This document shows, piece by piece, positions 34,036 to 43,187 of a DNA stretch of 64,000 nucleotides; the stretch's first letter is position 1; each line of letters starts with the position of its first letter. Below the pieces are notes generated by a model that saw nothing but the letters and a program-made list of their open reading frames with translations, was not told where the DNA came from and made no database searches. The stretch spans positions 1 through 64,000 of the forward strand of contig JALUCS010000097.1 in NCBI GenBank assembly GCA_027050205.1, read 5' to 3'. The translations under genes were made by a program, and so were the position numbers. Source of the DNA: a candidate division WOR-3 bacterium (lineage in GTDB: Bacteria; Hydrothermota; Hydrothermia; LBFQ01).

Positions 34036-35577
34036 ATGAGCATAGAGGAGAAGCTGCGGCAACTCAAGGAGCTGAAGAAGAAGGCCTACGAGGGAGGGGG
34101 ACCGGAGAGGATAAAACGCCAGCACGAGAAGGGCAAGCTGACGGCGAGGGAGAGGATAGACTACCTCCTGGACGAAGGCTCCTTTATGGAGATAGGGGTG
34201 TTCGTCACCCACAGGAACCCTGACGTCAAGCAGAAGTACTACGGCGACGGCGTCGTCGCCGGCTTTGGCACCATAGACGGGAGGCCGGTCGGCATCTTCG
34301 CCCACGACTTCACCGTAATCGGTGGCACCATATCCGAGAGCAACGCCAAGAAGATCGTACAGGTGATGGACACGGCTATGAGAGTGGGGATCCCCGTGAT
34401 AGGCCTGAACGACTCCGGAGGGGCGCGGATCCAGGACGGTGTGGCCTCCCTCGGTGGGTACGCCGAGATATTCCTACGGAACGTCCTCGCCTCCGGCGTG
34501 ATACCCCAGATCTCGGCCATACTCGGACCCTCGGCCGGTGGGGCGGTGTATAGCCCAGCCATAACGGACTTCATTTTTATGCGGAGGGGGGCCAGCTATA
34601 TGTTCATAACGGGGCCGGAGGTGGTGAAGGCCGTAACCCACGAGGAGGTAACCCACGAGGAACTCGGAGGGGCCGACATCCACGCCGAAAGGTCGGGGGT
34701 GGCCCACTTCGTATATGACAGCGAGGCGGAAATCTTTGAGGGTATAAGGAAGCTCCTCTCCTACCTCCCCTCCAACAACGCCGAAGAGCCGCCATACGTA
34801 CCGACGGACGACCCCGAAGACAGGGAGGACCCCGACCTGAACTACATAGTCCCGGCTGACCCCTACCAGGGGTACGATATGAAGGACGTCATCAGGAAGA
34901 TAGTTGATAACGGTGAGTTCTTTGAGGTACACGAGAACTTTGCACCGAACATCATAGTCGGTTTCGCCCGCCTTGGCGGTTTCCCCGTCGGGATAGTCGC
35001 CCAGCAGCCCCTCCATCTGGCCGGGGCCTTGGACATAAACGCCTCGGTGAAGGCGGCCCGTTTCGTGCGGTTCTGCGACGCCTTCAACATCCCCATAATA
35101 ACCTTTGAGGACATACCCGGATTCCTCCCCGGAGTTGAGCAGGAGCATGGTGGGATAATCAGGCACGGGGCGAAGCTCCTCTTCGCCTACGCCGAGGCCA
35201 CCGTCCCCAAGATAACCGTAGTGGTGCGCAAGTCCTACGGTGGGGCCTACTGCGTCCTTGGGTCCAAGCAGGTGAGGGCGGACCTCAACTACGCCTGGCC
35301 TACGGCGGAGTTCGCCGTGATGGGGCCGGAGGGGGCCGTGAAAATACTCTACCGGAAGGAGATAGCCAAGGCCGAGAACCCGCAGGAGCTGATAGACCGC
35401 CTGACGAGGGAGTACAGGGAGAAGTTTGCCAACCCCTACTACGCCGCCTCCCTCGGATACATAGACGACGTTATTGAGCCGGCCAAGACCCGCCAGGTCC
35501 TGATAAAGGGCCTCAGGCTGCTCCGGAACAAGCGTCAGACCCTCCCGCCCAAGAAGCATAGCAACATACCGCTATGA
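34036..35577 (+). CDS. Acyl-CoA carboxylase carboxyltransferase subunit (PccB/MmdA-like)
   Basis: GKLTARERI, DSGGARIQ, GGAVYSPA, KKHSNIPL. Confidence 0.93.
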   Translation: MSIEEKLRQLKELKKKAYEGGGPERIKRQHEKGKLTARERIDYLLDEGSFMEIGVFVTHRNPDVKQKYYGDGVVAGFGTIDGRPVGIFAHDFTVIGGTISESNAKKIVQVMDTAMRVGIPVIGLNDSGGARIQDGVASLGGYAEIFLRNVLASGVIPQISAILGPSAGGAVYSPAITDFIFMRRGASYMFITGPEVVKAVTHEEVTHEELGGADIHAERSGVAHFVYDSEAEIFEGIRKLLSYLPSNNAEEPPYVPTDDPEDREDPDLNYIVPADPYQGYDMKDVIRKIVDNGEFFEVHENFAPNIIVGFARLGGFPVGIVAQQPLHLAGALDINASVKAARFVRFCDAFNIPIITFEDIPGFLPGVEQEHGGIIRHGAKLLFAYAEATVPKITVVVRKSYGGAYCVLGSKQVRADLNYAWPTAEFAVMGPEGAVKILYRKEIAKAENPQELIDRLTREYREKFANPYYAASLGYIDDVIEPAKTRQVLIKGLRLLRNKRQTLPPKKHSNIPL

Positions 35578-36182
35578 GGTACCGCGTAGGACCCTCCGTA
35601 ATAGCCGCCGACTGGGCGAGGTGCTACGAGGAGTTGGAGAGGGCGAAGGAGGGGGATTTCATCCACGTGGACGTGATGGACGGCCACTTCGTCCCCAACC
35701 TCACCCTTGGCCCGGATCTGGCCAAAGCCGTGTACGAGAGGACGGGAAAGCCTCTGGACATACACCTTATGCTAACCCACCCCGACCGTTACATCCACCG
35801 TTTTTTCCTCCCCGGAGTATTCCGTATAACCGTCCATTACGAGAGTTCGGCCTTTCTATCCTCAACCCTCCGCAGGATACGTGAGGCGGGGTTCAAAGCA
35901 GGGATCGCCATCTCGCCCGATACACCCGTCTCCCGCCTCCTGAAACTCCTGGATAGGCTGGATCAGGTCCTCGTTATGACCGTGTATCCGGGTTTCGCCG
36001 GCCAGAGGATGTTGGAGTGGGTCCTGCCGAAGGTGGACGAGCTGGACAGGATAAGGAGGGAGAGGGGCTTACGCTTCACCATAACGGTGGATGGTGGGGT
36101 TAAATGGGAAAATTTATCTAAGATAGGGCCGGCGGACGAGGTGGTCATGGGGTCCGCCTTCTTTAGAGGCAAAGTGGGGTGA
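35574..36182 (+). CDS. rpe: Ribulose-phosphate 3-epimerase
   Basis: HVDVMDGHFVPNLT, DIHLM, MTVYPGFAGQ, VDGG. Confidence 0.95.
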   Translation: MRYRVGPSVIAADWARCYEELERAKEGDFIHVDVMDGHFVPNLTLGPDLAKAVYERTGKPLDIHLMLTHPDRYIHRFFLPGVFRITVHYESSAFLSSTLRRIREAGFKAGIAISPDTPVSRLLKLLDRLDQVLVMTVYPGFAGQRMLEWVLPKVDELDRIRRERGLRFTITVDGGVKWENLSKIGPADEVVMGSAFFRGKVG

Positions 36183-36230
36183 AAAAATGCGGCTTTCAAC
36201 CCTATAATACCCGTACAAGGAGGTAAGAGG

Positions 36231-36341
36231 ATGAAGAACGAAAGGCGCGTCCCGCGTATCTCCAAGAGGAAGCCCTATCAGAAACCCCGCATACTGGGGA
36301 GGACGTCCTCCCGCGGGGGGAGCATCCTCGTGACGTACTGA
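36231..36341 (+). CDS. Small 36-aa peptide MKNERRVPRISKRKPYQKPRILGRTSSRGGSILVTY, RiPP-precursor-like
   Basis: TATAAT at 36203, perfect SD AAGGAGGT, ATG 36231, TGA 36339-36341, terminator downstream. Below the ORF-track cutoff. Confidence 0.7.
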   Translation: MKNERRVPRISKRKPYQKPRILGRTSSRGGSILVTY

Positions 36342-36353
36342 GGATGTGAAAGG

Positions 36354-36389
36354 ACCCCACCCCTGCACCAACGGGGGTGGGGGTATTTT
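36354..36389 (+). terminator. Rho-independent terminator after small peptide gene
   Basis: CCCCACCCC...GGGGTGGGG stem followed by TATTTT. Confidence 0.65.
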
Positions 36390-36400
36390 GTGTAATTGTT

Positions 36401-37522
36401 ATGGAAAACAAAAAGAAAAGATTGTTATTTTTTGATTACCTGAAGGGACTCTTCGTCATCTGGATGGTCCCGACCCACACCCTTGACGGCCTGATATTCC
36501 CCGCCGTAAAGATGACATCTCTCTATAAGTCCGTGGCCTTCTTCAACGGCCTCGTGGCCCCCGCTTTCCTCGTCTCCTCCGGATTTTTGGCCGTATATAC
36601 CTACAACGACGGCAAGTTCTGGAGACGGCTTCGCAGGGGGATAGAGCTGATGGCCTTCGGGTACGCCACGCAGCTCCCGACCAAGTCCCTCCTCCTACTG
36701 CTCCTCTTCACCCTCCTCTTCGTAACCTCCTCTCTGGGGATACACCTCCACCTTCCCCTCCTACCTTCCGACTCCCCCCCGGAATGGTTCGTTAGAGGGT
36801 TGTACGTCTTCAGGAGGGTGGAGATACTGATCAGTATAGGCTCCGGCGTTCTCGTTATAACCACTATTTTGAGGTTGGTTAGCTCTCCGAGGGCGAGGTT
36901 CGCCGTCTTCCTACCCCTCGCCTTGGCCTTCTGGTTAATGACGCCCTGGGTCTGGAGGTGGGGGAAGGGCCTCCCCCTCTTCATCGCCCCCTACTTCACC
37001 CGCGAGGGTTCCCTCTTCCCCGTGTTTCCCTACTGGGGGTATATGTTCTTCGGCTCCGCTCTCGGTAGCGCCTACGCCTTCAATAGGAGGATGATGTTCC
37101 TCTTAATGCTCCTGCCCGTATTCGCCGTCGCCCTGACGGTCTTCGTACCCTATCCCCCGTCCGAAGGGGCCTTTTACAACATCCTCGTCAGGGTGGGGAC
37201 CCTGATGCTCATCCTCTTCGTCCTCATCGCCGCCGAGGGCTTCGGGGTACATTCCGAGTTTCTGGCTATGCTCGGCCGCAACTCCCTTATGTCCTACGCC
37301 TTCCACAACGCCATCGTCTACGGCTCCCCCTTCACCAGGCCACTGACCCACTTCTACGGCCACAGGGGGTGGTTTGACTCCCTGACGGTGGGGGTCCTGA
37401 TCCTCGCCGTTACGACCGTCTTCGTATATACCTGGGAGATGTTAAGAAACCGCTACGGTGCAAAACTCTCAAGAAACGTCTGGAAGTTCTTCGCGTACGT
37501 CTTCGCCCTCAACCCCTGGTGA
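36401..37522 (+). CDS. Integral membrane acyltransferase (HGSNAT-like/acyltransferase-3 type)
   Basis: R...FDYLKGL....MV..H, AP.FL..SG, FPVFPYWGY, LGRNSL..Y..H; multiple TMs. Confidence 0.7.
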   Translation: MENKKKRLLFFDYLKGLFVIWMVPTHTLDGLIFPAVKMTSLYKSVAFFNGLVAPAFLVSSGFLAVYTYNDGKFWRRLRRGIELMAFGYATQLPTKSLLLLLLFTLLFVTSSLGIHLHLPLLPSDSPPEWFVRGLYVFRRVEILISIGSGVLVITTILRLVSSPRARFAVFLPLALAFWLMTPWVWRWGKGLPLFIAPYFTREGSLFPVFPYWGYMFFGSALGSAYAFNRRMMFLLMLLPVFAVALTVFVPYPPSEGAFYNILVRVGTLMLILFVLIAAEGFGVHSEFLAMLGRNSLMSYAFHNAIVYGSPFTRPLTHFYGHRGWFDSLTVGVLILAVTTVFVYTWEMLRNRYGAKLSRNVWKFFAYVFALNPW

Positions 37523-37525
37523 GGA

Positions 37526-37543
37526 GGGGGGCCGAAGCCCCCC
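37526..37543. terminator. GC hairpin between convergent genes
   Basis: GGGGGGC-CGAA-GCCCCCC (cUUCGg loop on the minus strand), no U tract. Confidence 0.5.
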
Positions 37544-37549
37544 GTATCC

Positions 37550-38866
37550 TCACAGCATACCGTAGTAGGTGTTTATCTCGTAGTCCGTTACGGCCGTCCG
37601 GAAGTTGTCCCACTCAACGAGTTTGTTCTCCACCAACTTTGAGAACATCGGCTCGCCGAGGGCCTCCTTGAGGATGGGTTTCCTCTGGGCGAGGTCTATG
37701 GCCTCCTTGAGGGAGGAGGGGAGGGAGCCGATCTTGAGGCGGCGGCGTTTGGACTCCGTCATACGGTAGATGTCCAGCTCAACGGGTGGAGGTAGGGGAG
37801 TACCCTCCTCAACGCCCTTGAAGCCAGCGGTGAGGATGGAGACGAAGGCGAGGTAGGGGTTGGTCCCCGGATCTGGGGAGCGCAGCTCTATGCGAGCGGA
37901 GGAGGGTTTCTTGAAGGCCGGGACCCTCACGAGGGCCGACCTGTTGGACCTGCCCCAGGAGATATAGACGGGGGCCTCGTACCCGACGACGAGCCTCTTG
38001 TAGGAGTTCACCCACTGGTTGAGGACGAGGGTTATGTACCGGACGTTGGAGAGGAGGCCTCCGAGGAAGTGTTGGGCGAACTCCGAAAGCTGGTACTCGT
38101 GGGAGCCGTCGTAGAAGAGGTTCTCACCGTCCTTCCATACCGACATATGGAGGTGGAGTCCGCTACCGTTGACACCGAAGATGGGTTTGGGCATAAAGGA
38201 GGCGTAGAGGCCGTGCTTACGGGCCACCTCCTTCACTATCATCTTGGATATCTGGAGGATGTCCGCAGCCCGGAGGGCGTCGGCGTAGCGGAAGTCTATC
38301 TCGTGCTGGCTCGGTGCCACCTCGTGGTGGGAGGCCTCAACCTCTATGTCCATCTCTCTAAGTATCTTCACGGTCTCCTCCCTCGCCAGGGTCGGCCTGT
38401 AGGAGGGCAAGAGGTCAAAGTATCCGGCGCTATCAAGGAGGGAAGGGGCCTCGGTGCTTCCGAAGTAGAAGAACTCCAACTCCGGGCCGACGTAGTACGC
38501 GTAGCCCTCTTTGGCTAGCTCTGTCAGTTTTCTCTTTAGGATACCGCGGGGGTCCCGCGGGAAGGGTTGGCCGTCGGGGGTCAAGATGTCGCACACTATG
38601 TAGGCCGTCTTCAGGCCACTCACCTCCGGAGGGGCTACGAAGATAGCATCGGGATCCGGTTTGGCTATAAGGTCGGACTCCTCTATCCGCACGAAGCCCT
38701 CAACGGAGGACCCGTCAAAGACTATCCCCTCGTTGAAGGCCCTTTCCACCTCGGCCACGCTTAGGTTGAACCCCTTCAGGCGGCCGAGGATATCCGTAAA
38801 GACAAGGGTCGCTATATCCACCTTCTCCCCCTTTACGAGGGCGATGGCTTCTTCTACCGTTCTCAT
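37550..38866 (-). CDS. glnA: Glutamine synthetase type I
   Basis: FDGSSVEGF, GPELEF, HHEVAPSQHEI, FMPKP..G.NGSG.H, NRSALVRVP, RIELRSPD. Confidence 0.93.
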   Translation of the reverse strand: MRTVEEAIALVKGEKVDIATLVFTDILGRLKGFNLSVAEVERAFNEGIVFDGSSVEGFVRIEESDLIAKPDPDAIFVAPPEVSGLKTAYIVCDILTPDGQPFPRDPRGILKRKLTELAKEGYAYYVGPELEFFYFGSTEAPSLLDSAGYFDLLPSYRPTLAREETVKILREMDIEVEASHHEVAPSQHEIDFRYADALRAADILQISKMIVKEVARKHGLYASFMPKPIFGVNGSGLHLHMSVWKDGENLFYDGSHEYQLSEFAQHFLGGLLSNVRYITLVLNQWVNSYKRLVVGYEAPVYISWGRSNRSALVRVPAFKKPSSARIELRSPDPGTNPYLAFVSILTAGFKGVEEGTPLPPPVELDIYRMTESKRRRLKIGSLPSSLKEAIDLAQRKPILKEALGEPMFSKLVENKLVEWDNFRTAVTDYEINTYYGML

Positions 38867-38877
38867 AGTTGCTCTCC

Positions 38878-39654
38878 TTACTTGAGACCGAAGAGCCTCT
38901 TGGGGTTCTCCACCATAACCTTCTCTATCATCGGGAGGTAGTGTCCACTGACCTCAAGGTCGTACAAAACTTCGGGCAGGACGGTGGGGTTGTGTGCGAA
39001 GGCGTCCAGGTTGGACGTCAGGAGTACCCTGTCTATGGGGTAATCGCCCCGCAGGATGCTTTCGGGCAAAGACTCCACGAACGGCCTATCCGGAAAGAGG
39101 GAGAAGCAGAACCAGTAGGGCCTGTCCGACAGCTCCAATACGATGGAGGGGGTTACGTTGTTGAGTACGACGAGCGAGGGAGATAGATCCACCTCCCTTA
39201 TGAGTTTCTCTATCCGCTTTAGGGCATGCTTCCTGTTCTCCTCCGGGAGGTCTATGAATATCGGCTTGTTGAACTTCCGGGCCAACTCCATCTGGAGCTT
39301 CAGGGTCTCAAGCTGGAGTAGGTCGTTGTACTCGCTCAATCCCGTCTCACCTATGGCTACGACGAATCCGAACTGGAGGTACTCGGCGAGGTAATCCATC
39401 AGAGGGAACGGGTCCCTTATGCCGGAAGCGTGGGATATCCCTATAGCGAGGTAGGCCTTAAGGCCGGTAGACTCCACCCTCCCCTTCTCCACCCTGATGA
39501 ACCGCTCCAAACGGTCCACGTAGGAGGAGGTACTGGAAAAGCGGTAGTAGGGTTTGAAGAAGGAGACGACCTCCCTGACCCCCATCAAGGCCATCTGTCG
39601 GAGGTCGTAGATGGATAGACCTTCAGTGTGAATGTGGGCATCTACGAAACGCAT
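38878..39654 (-). CDS. TatD-related metal-dependent hydrolase
   Basis: DAHIH, VAIGETGL, QMELARK..KP; some metal ligands look substituted. Confidence 0.7.
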   Translation of the reverse strand: MRFVDAHIHTEGLSIYDLRQMALMGVREVVSFFKPYYRFSSTSSYVDRLERFIRVEKGRVESTGLKAYLAIGISHASGIRDPFPLMDYLAEYLQFGFVVAIGETGLSEYNDLLQLETLKLQMELARKFNKPIFIDLPEENRKHALKRIEKLIREVDLSPSLVVLNNVTPSIVLELSDRPYWFCFSLFPDRPFVESLPESILRGDYPIDRVLLTSNLDAFAHNPTVLPEVLYDLEVSGHYLPMIEKVMVENPKRLFGLK

Positions 39655-40192
39655 AGGCTATTGTACGGGCGAAAGGGAGGGAGTTGAAAGGGGAGATAAA
39701 GGGTAAATAACGAACTTTATTGAAAATTTCGGAGTTTTCATAAAAACGCAAGGACTGTGGGCAGCAAAAACTACCAACGGGAGGTGTTCGGGCGGGGACG
39801 ACCGTAAATTCGGGTTGCCGGCTCCCGTTAGCATCTCTTCGGTATTTGGCGTATGGGGTGATGCGTTCTCTGTGAATTTCCGTCAATTGCGTCCCGTACT
39901 CATTGAGTATGGGATGTGGCTCAAGATTTATCCCGGAACCCTTTGACTACACCCTATCGGGATCCAGAAGATGAATTTTTGTAGGATTTTTCCCCGATAT
40001 ATGCGACTTCCGGATTTTCAAAGGGTGTTGGGTTGGGTGATGGATACTGCGTAAATGCGATCAACATAGATAAATCGTGCAAAGGGCATCCTTGCACCTC
40101 CGTCCCTTCACAGGAGAACGTCGCCTTAGTTTGAACATCAACGTTCAAAACTTCTAAAGTTTTCCTTTAATTCCGATGTAAAATTTAAAAAT

Positions 40193-41698
40193 ATGCTCTA
40201 TATGATAGGCAGGATAGCCATATCCCCTTTGGAGATCCCAACCCCCGCCGTTGAGAGGCGGGCGGAGTTGCCCCCCGACAGCACCATCCACCTGAACACC
40301 CTCACCTTCAACCGTACCTTCGTATGCAACCCCTTAGGTGGCACACTTACGATAGTGACTGACAGGTACGACGTCCTCCACGACATAGATGGCAACGGCC
40401 TCGTAGATATTCCCTTCACGGCGTCGGAGGGGGACCCTTGGGGTGGATCCCCCTGGCCGGGGTACGCGTACGTGGCCTTCCAGACCTCACCGGACAGTTT
40501 CTCCTGTCAGGCGGTCTCCAACCGCCACAACGACCCCTACGGCATCTCCGTTGGCGACTTCAACGGGGACGGCAGGCCGGACCTCGTATTCGCCGCAGCC
40601 TTGGACAACGCCACCTTCACCTTGAGGAACGACGGGGGATGGGCCTTCACCGAACGGAGGATCGGCTTCGGCGGTGGCTTCCCCAATCACCTCGCCGTCC
40701 GGAACGTAGACGCTGGCCCCGGTGCCGAGGTGCTATATACGGACGAGTATTACTACCTCTACCTCTACTCCTACGCTGACGACTCCCTAACCGTCCTGAA
40801 TACCTCTTGTAAAGAGGGGTTGGCCGTTGAGGACCTGAACGGCGACAGCGAGCAGGACATAGTGTGCGGTACGGGGAACACCGTAGCAAACGGCCACATC
40901 ATCTACCAGATAAGGACGGACACCTCGTGGTCCAGCCCACACTACGTCACCTCCACCCCCCACCACTACCACGGTGTAAAGGCCGCCGACATAAACGACG
41001 ACGGTAGGGTGGATGTGGTTTCGTGCGTAGGTTCTACGGTCTACGTATGGTACAACAACGGTGGTACCTACCCGACCTTCACCGAAAGGTACCACACCAT
41101 AGCGACCTCCGGGGTATCCATAGGGTGTGAGGTCACCGTCGCCGACCTCGATTGCGATGGCGATGGGGACATAGTTTGGACCCAAGGGATAGGCGGGGCC
41201 GCCCCCTCCGTGGTCGTCCTCATAAACGACGGCTCCACCCCTTACCCCGACTTCATCGTCCAACCCTTGGAACCTGCGACCCACGCCGTTTACGGCGTCG
41301 CCGTCGGCCTCGTAAACGGAGACCTCAAGGCCGATATAGTGGTCGGTCTGGACGCCGCCCTGTACATCTATTACAACACCTCCCCCATAGACGACTCCCA
41401 CTGCGACCCCCTTGGCTTGAGAGACGGGGAGCTGACCGTAGGTGAGAGGAAGGTTGAGCCTATACCCACCGTCGCCGACTTCAGGGTTGAGGGACGTACG
41501 GCTATACTTGAGCTGACGGCTCCCTCCAAGGGGATGGAGTACGCCCTCTACGAGGTGAGCGGTAGGTTAGTGCGGAGGGGTAAGGCCGAGGGTATGGATC
41601 TACGGCTTGAGGTACCGAGGAGCGGGACGTACTTCCTGAAGGTACGGTACGACCGGGGCCACTTGGACTACTTCTCCAAGGCCTTCGTCGTGAGGTAG
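40193..41698 (+). CDS. FG-GAP/VCBS repeat secreted protein with T9SS-like C-terminal domain
   Basis: GDFNGDGRPDL, DLNGDSEQD, DINDDGRVD, DLDCDGDGD repeats; tail LYEVSGRLV...GTYFL...VVR. Confidence 0.8.
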   Translation: MLYMIGRIAISPLEIPTPAVERRAELPPDSTIHLNTLTFNRTFVCNPLGGTLTIVTDRYDVLHDIDGNGLVDIPFTASEGDPWGGSPWPGYAYVAFQTSPDSFSCQAVSNRHNDPYGISVGDFNGDGRPDLVFAAALDNATFTLRNDGGWAFTERRIGFGGGFPNHLAVRNVDAGPGAEVLYTDEYYYLYLYSYADDSLTVLNTSCKEGLAVEDLNGDSEQDIVCGTGNTVANGHIIYQIRTDTSWSSPHYVTSTPHHYHGVKAADINDDGRVDVVSCVGSTVYVWYNNGGTYPTFTERYHTIATSGVSIGCEVTVADLDCDGDGDIVWTQGIGGAAPSVVVLINDGSTPYPDFIVQPLEPATHAVYGVAVGLVNGDLKADIVVGLDAALYIYYNTSPIDDSHCDPLGLRDGELTVGERKVEPIPTVADFRVEGRTAILELTAPSKGMEYALYEVSGRLVRRGKAEGMDLRLEVPRSGTYFLKVRYDRGHLDYFSKAFVVR

Positions 41699-41805
41699 GG
41701 GACCGCCCTCCAACGGGTTTGACGGGAAGGTTCCATTCGCTGTATCACTTTTCAGAGTATTCGTGTAAATGTGAGACACTTTTATTCGGACGTTTTAAGG
41801 TAAAA

Positions 41806-43122
41806 TTATCCCAACCCGTACAGGAGGGCCGCGACGGAGAAGAGGAAGGCGGAGGCGAGGGTCAGGAGGGTTAAAAGGCTCTCCTTGGACAGGCCGAAGC
41901 TCCTGAAGGCCCAGAAGAGGACGGCGAAGGTGTTGGCTATGGAGACGGCGTAGGCTATGCCCGTCGCCCCAAGGAGGCGGGAGAGGGGGAAGACGAGGAG
42001 GAGGTCGGTTAGGGTGGAGATGACGAGGCCGACGTTGGCCTCCCTTCTCTTAAAGATGGCGAACAGGTAGGACAGATAGACAGAAGATAGTGCGTAGGCC
42101 GGTATGGTGGGGACGTAGCCGAGGAGTACCCGGAAGGTGTTGTGGGCGTCCGCAGGTGTGAACCTCCCCCTGACGAAGGCCACCTCTATGAGGAGCTGCC
42201 CGAAGAGGACGTAGGTCAGGGCGACGCCAAGGGTGATGAGGGAGACGAAGACGATGCCCTTCCAAGTATGCTCCCGTGCGTGCCGGTCGTCCTCCGCGAC
42301 ACTCTTGGCCAACACCGTACCCGTCGCCACCCCGAAAAGGCCCTGCGGGAGGTGGATGAGGCGAAAGGCGTAGTTCAGGTAGGCGAGGGAACCGGTGGGG
42401 AGGAAGGAGGCGACTACGGCGTTTATCAGGGTGGAGGTCTGGAGGAAGCCCGTGTTTAGGCTCATAGAGAACCAGTTCTTCAGGAACTCCCTTATGGCCG
42501 GGTGGCGGAAGTTCGGCCTATCGTATTTCTCCCAAGCGAAGGGGAGGAGGAAGAGGAACTGGAGGGCGGTACCGAGGGTGAAGGCGGCCGCTCCGAGGAT
42601 GGGCCACCGGTGGGCGAAGAGGAGTAATAGGATGTTTCCGACGTTGAAGAAGACGGGCGACACCCCCGTAATGAAGAACCGCCCCTTCGTGTTCAGGATG
42701 CCCATAGAGATGGCGGCGGCGCTTATGAAGAGGAGGGAGGGGAAGGTGATGCGTACCCCAAGGACGGTAAAGGCAAACTTATCCGGGTCGGATGCGAAAC
42801 CCGGCACTATGACCTTAACGACGAGGGGAGCCAAGAGGATGCCGAGGGGGACGACGACGAGGGTAGTCCCCAGGAGGATGAAGACGATAGCCCAAAGGAG
42901 GCTCCGGTCCTTCCAACGGGCTAAGACGGGGACGAAGGCGTTCTGGGATACACCCTCGGCCAGCATCCCCCGTAGCATAGTGGGGATACGTACGGCCACG
43001 ACCACCGCATCGGCGTAGGGGGAGGCGCCGAGGGCGTAGGCGAAGACCAACTCCCGTACGAAACCCAAAGCCCTGCTTAGGAGGGTTCCAGCGGAGAAGG
43101 AGAGGACGGACCTTATCTTCAA
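41806..43122 (-). CDS. murJ: Lipid II flippase MurJ/MviN
   Basis: LSRALGFVRE, RIP...AEG...AFVP, L.YA.RL..LP.G.FG. Probable TTG start at 43122 after TAGAAT; the track start is 43164. Confidence 0.88.
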   Translation of the reverse strand: MKIRSVLSFSAGTLLSRALGFVRELVFAYALGASPYADAVVVAVRIPTMLRGMLAEGVSQNAFVPVLARWKDRSLLWAIVFILLGTTLVVVPLGILLAPLVVKVIVPGFASDPDKFAFTVLGVRITFPSLLFISAAAISMGILNTKGRFFITGVSPVFFNVGNILLLLFAHRWPILGAAAFTLGTALQFLFLLPFAWEKYDRPNFRHPAIREFLKNWFSMSLNTGFLQTSTLINAVVASFLPTGSLAYLNYAFRLIHLPQGLFGVATGTVLAKSVAEDDRHAREHTWKGIVFVSLITLGVALTYVLFGQLLIEVAFVRGRFTPADAHNTFRVLLGYVPTIPAYALSSVYLSYLFAIFKRREANVGLVISTLTDLLLVFPLSRLLGATGIAYAVSIANTFAVLFWAFRSFGLSKESLLTLLTLASAFLFSVAALLYGLG

Positions 43123-43187
43123 CGCCCGGCCTATTCTACGGTTGCCCTTCCGTACCCCGGACACCGCACGAGCCTATAATGGCCGGT

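Noticed and set aside
34474..35559. Long antisense ORFs (this one, 5710-6648, 20447-21250, 57472-58323, 61934-62788 and others)
   Set aside because: Shadows of high-GC3 codon usage on the opposite strand of well-supported genes; no family motifs.
36231..36341. Lasso peptide assignment for the small ORF
   Set aside because: The core lacks the Asp/Glu needed for the macrolactam and no cyclase or peptidase is nearby; kept only as a generic RRE-type precursor candidate.
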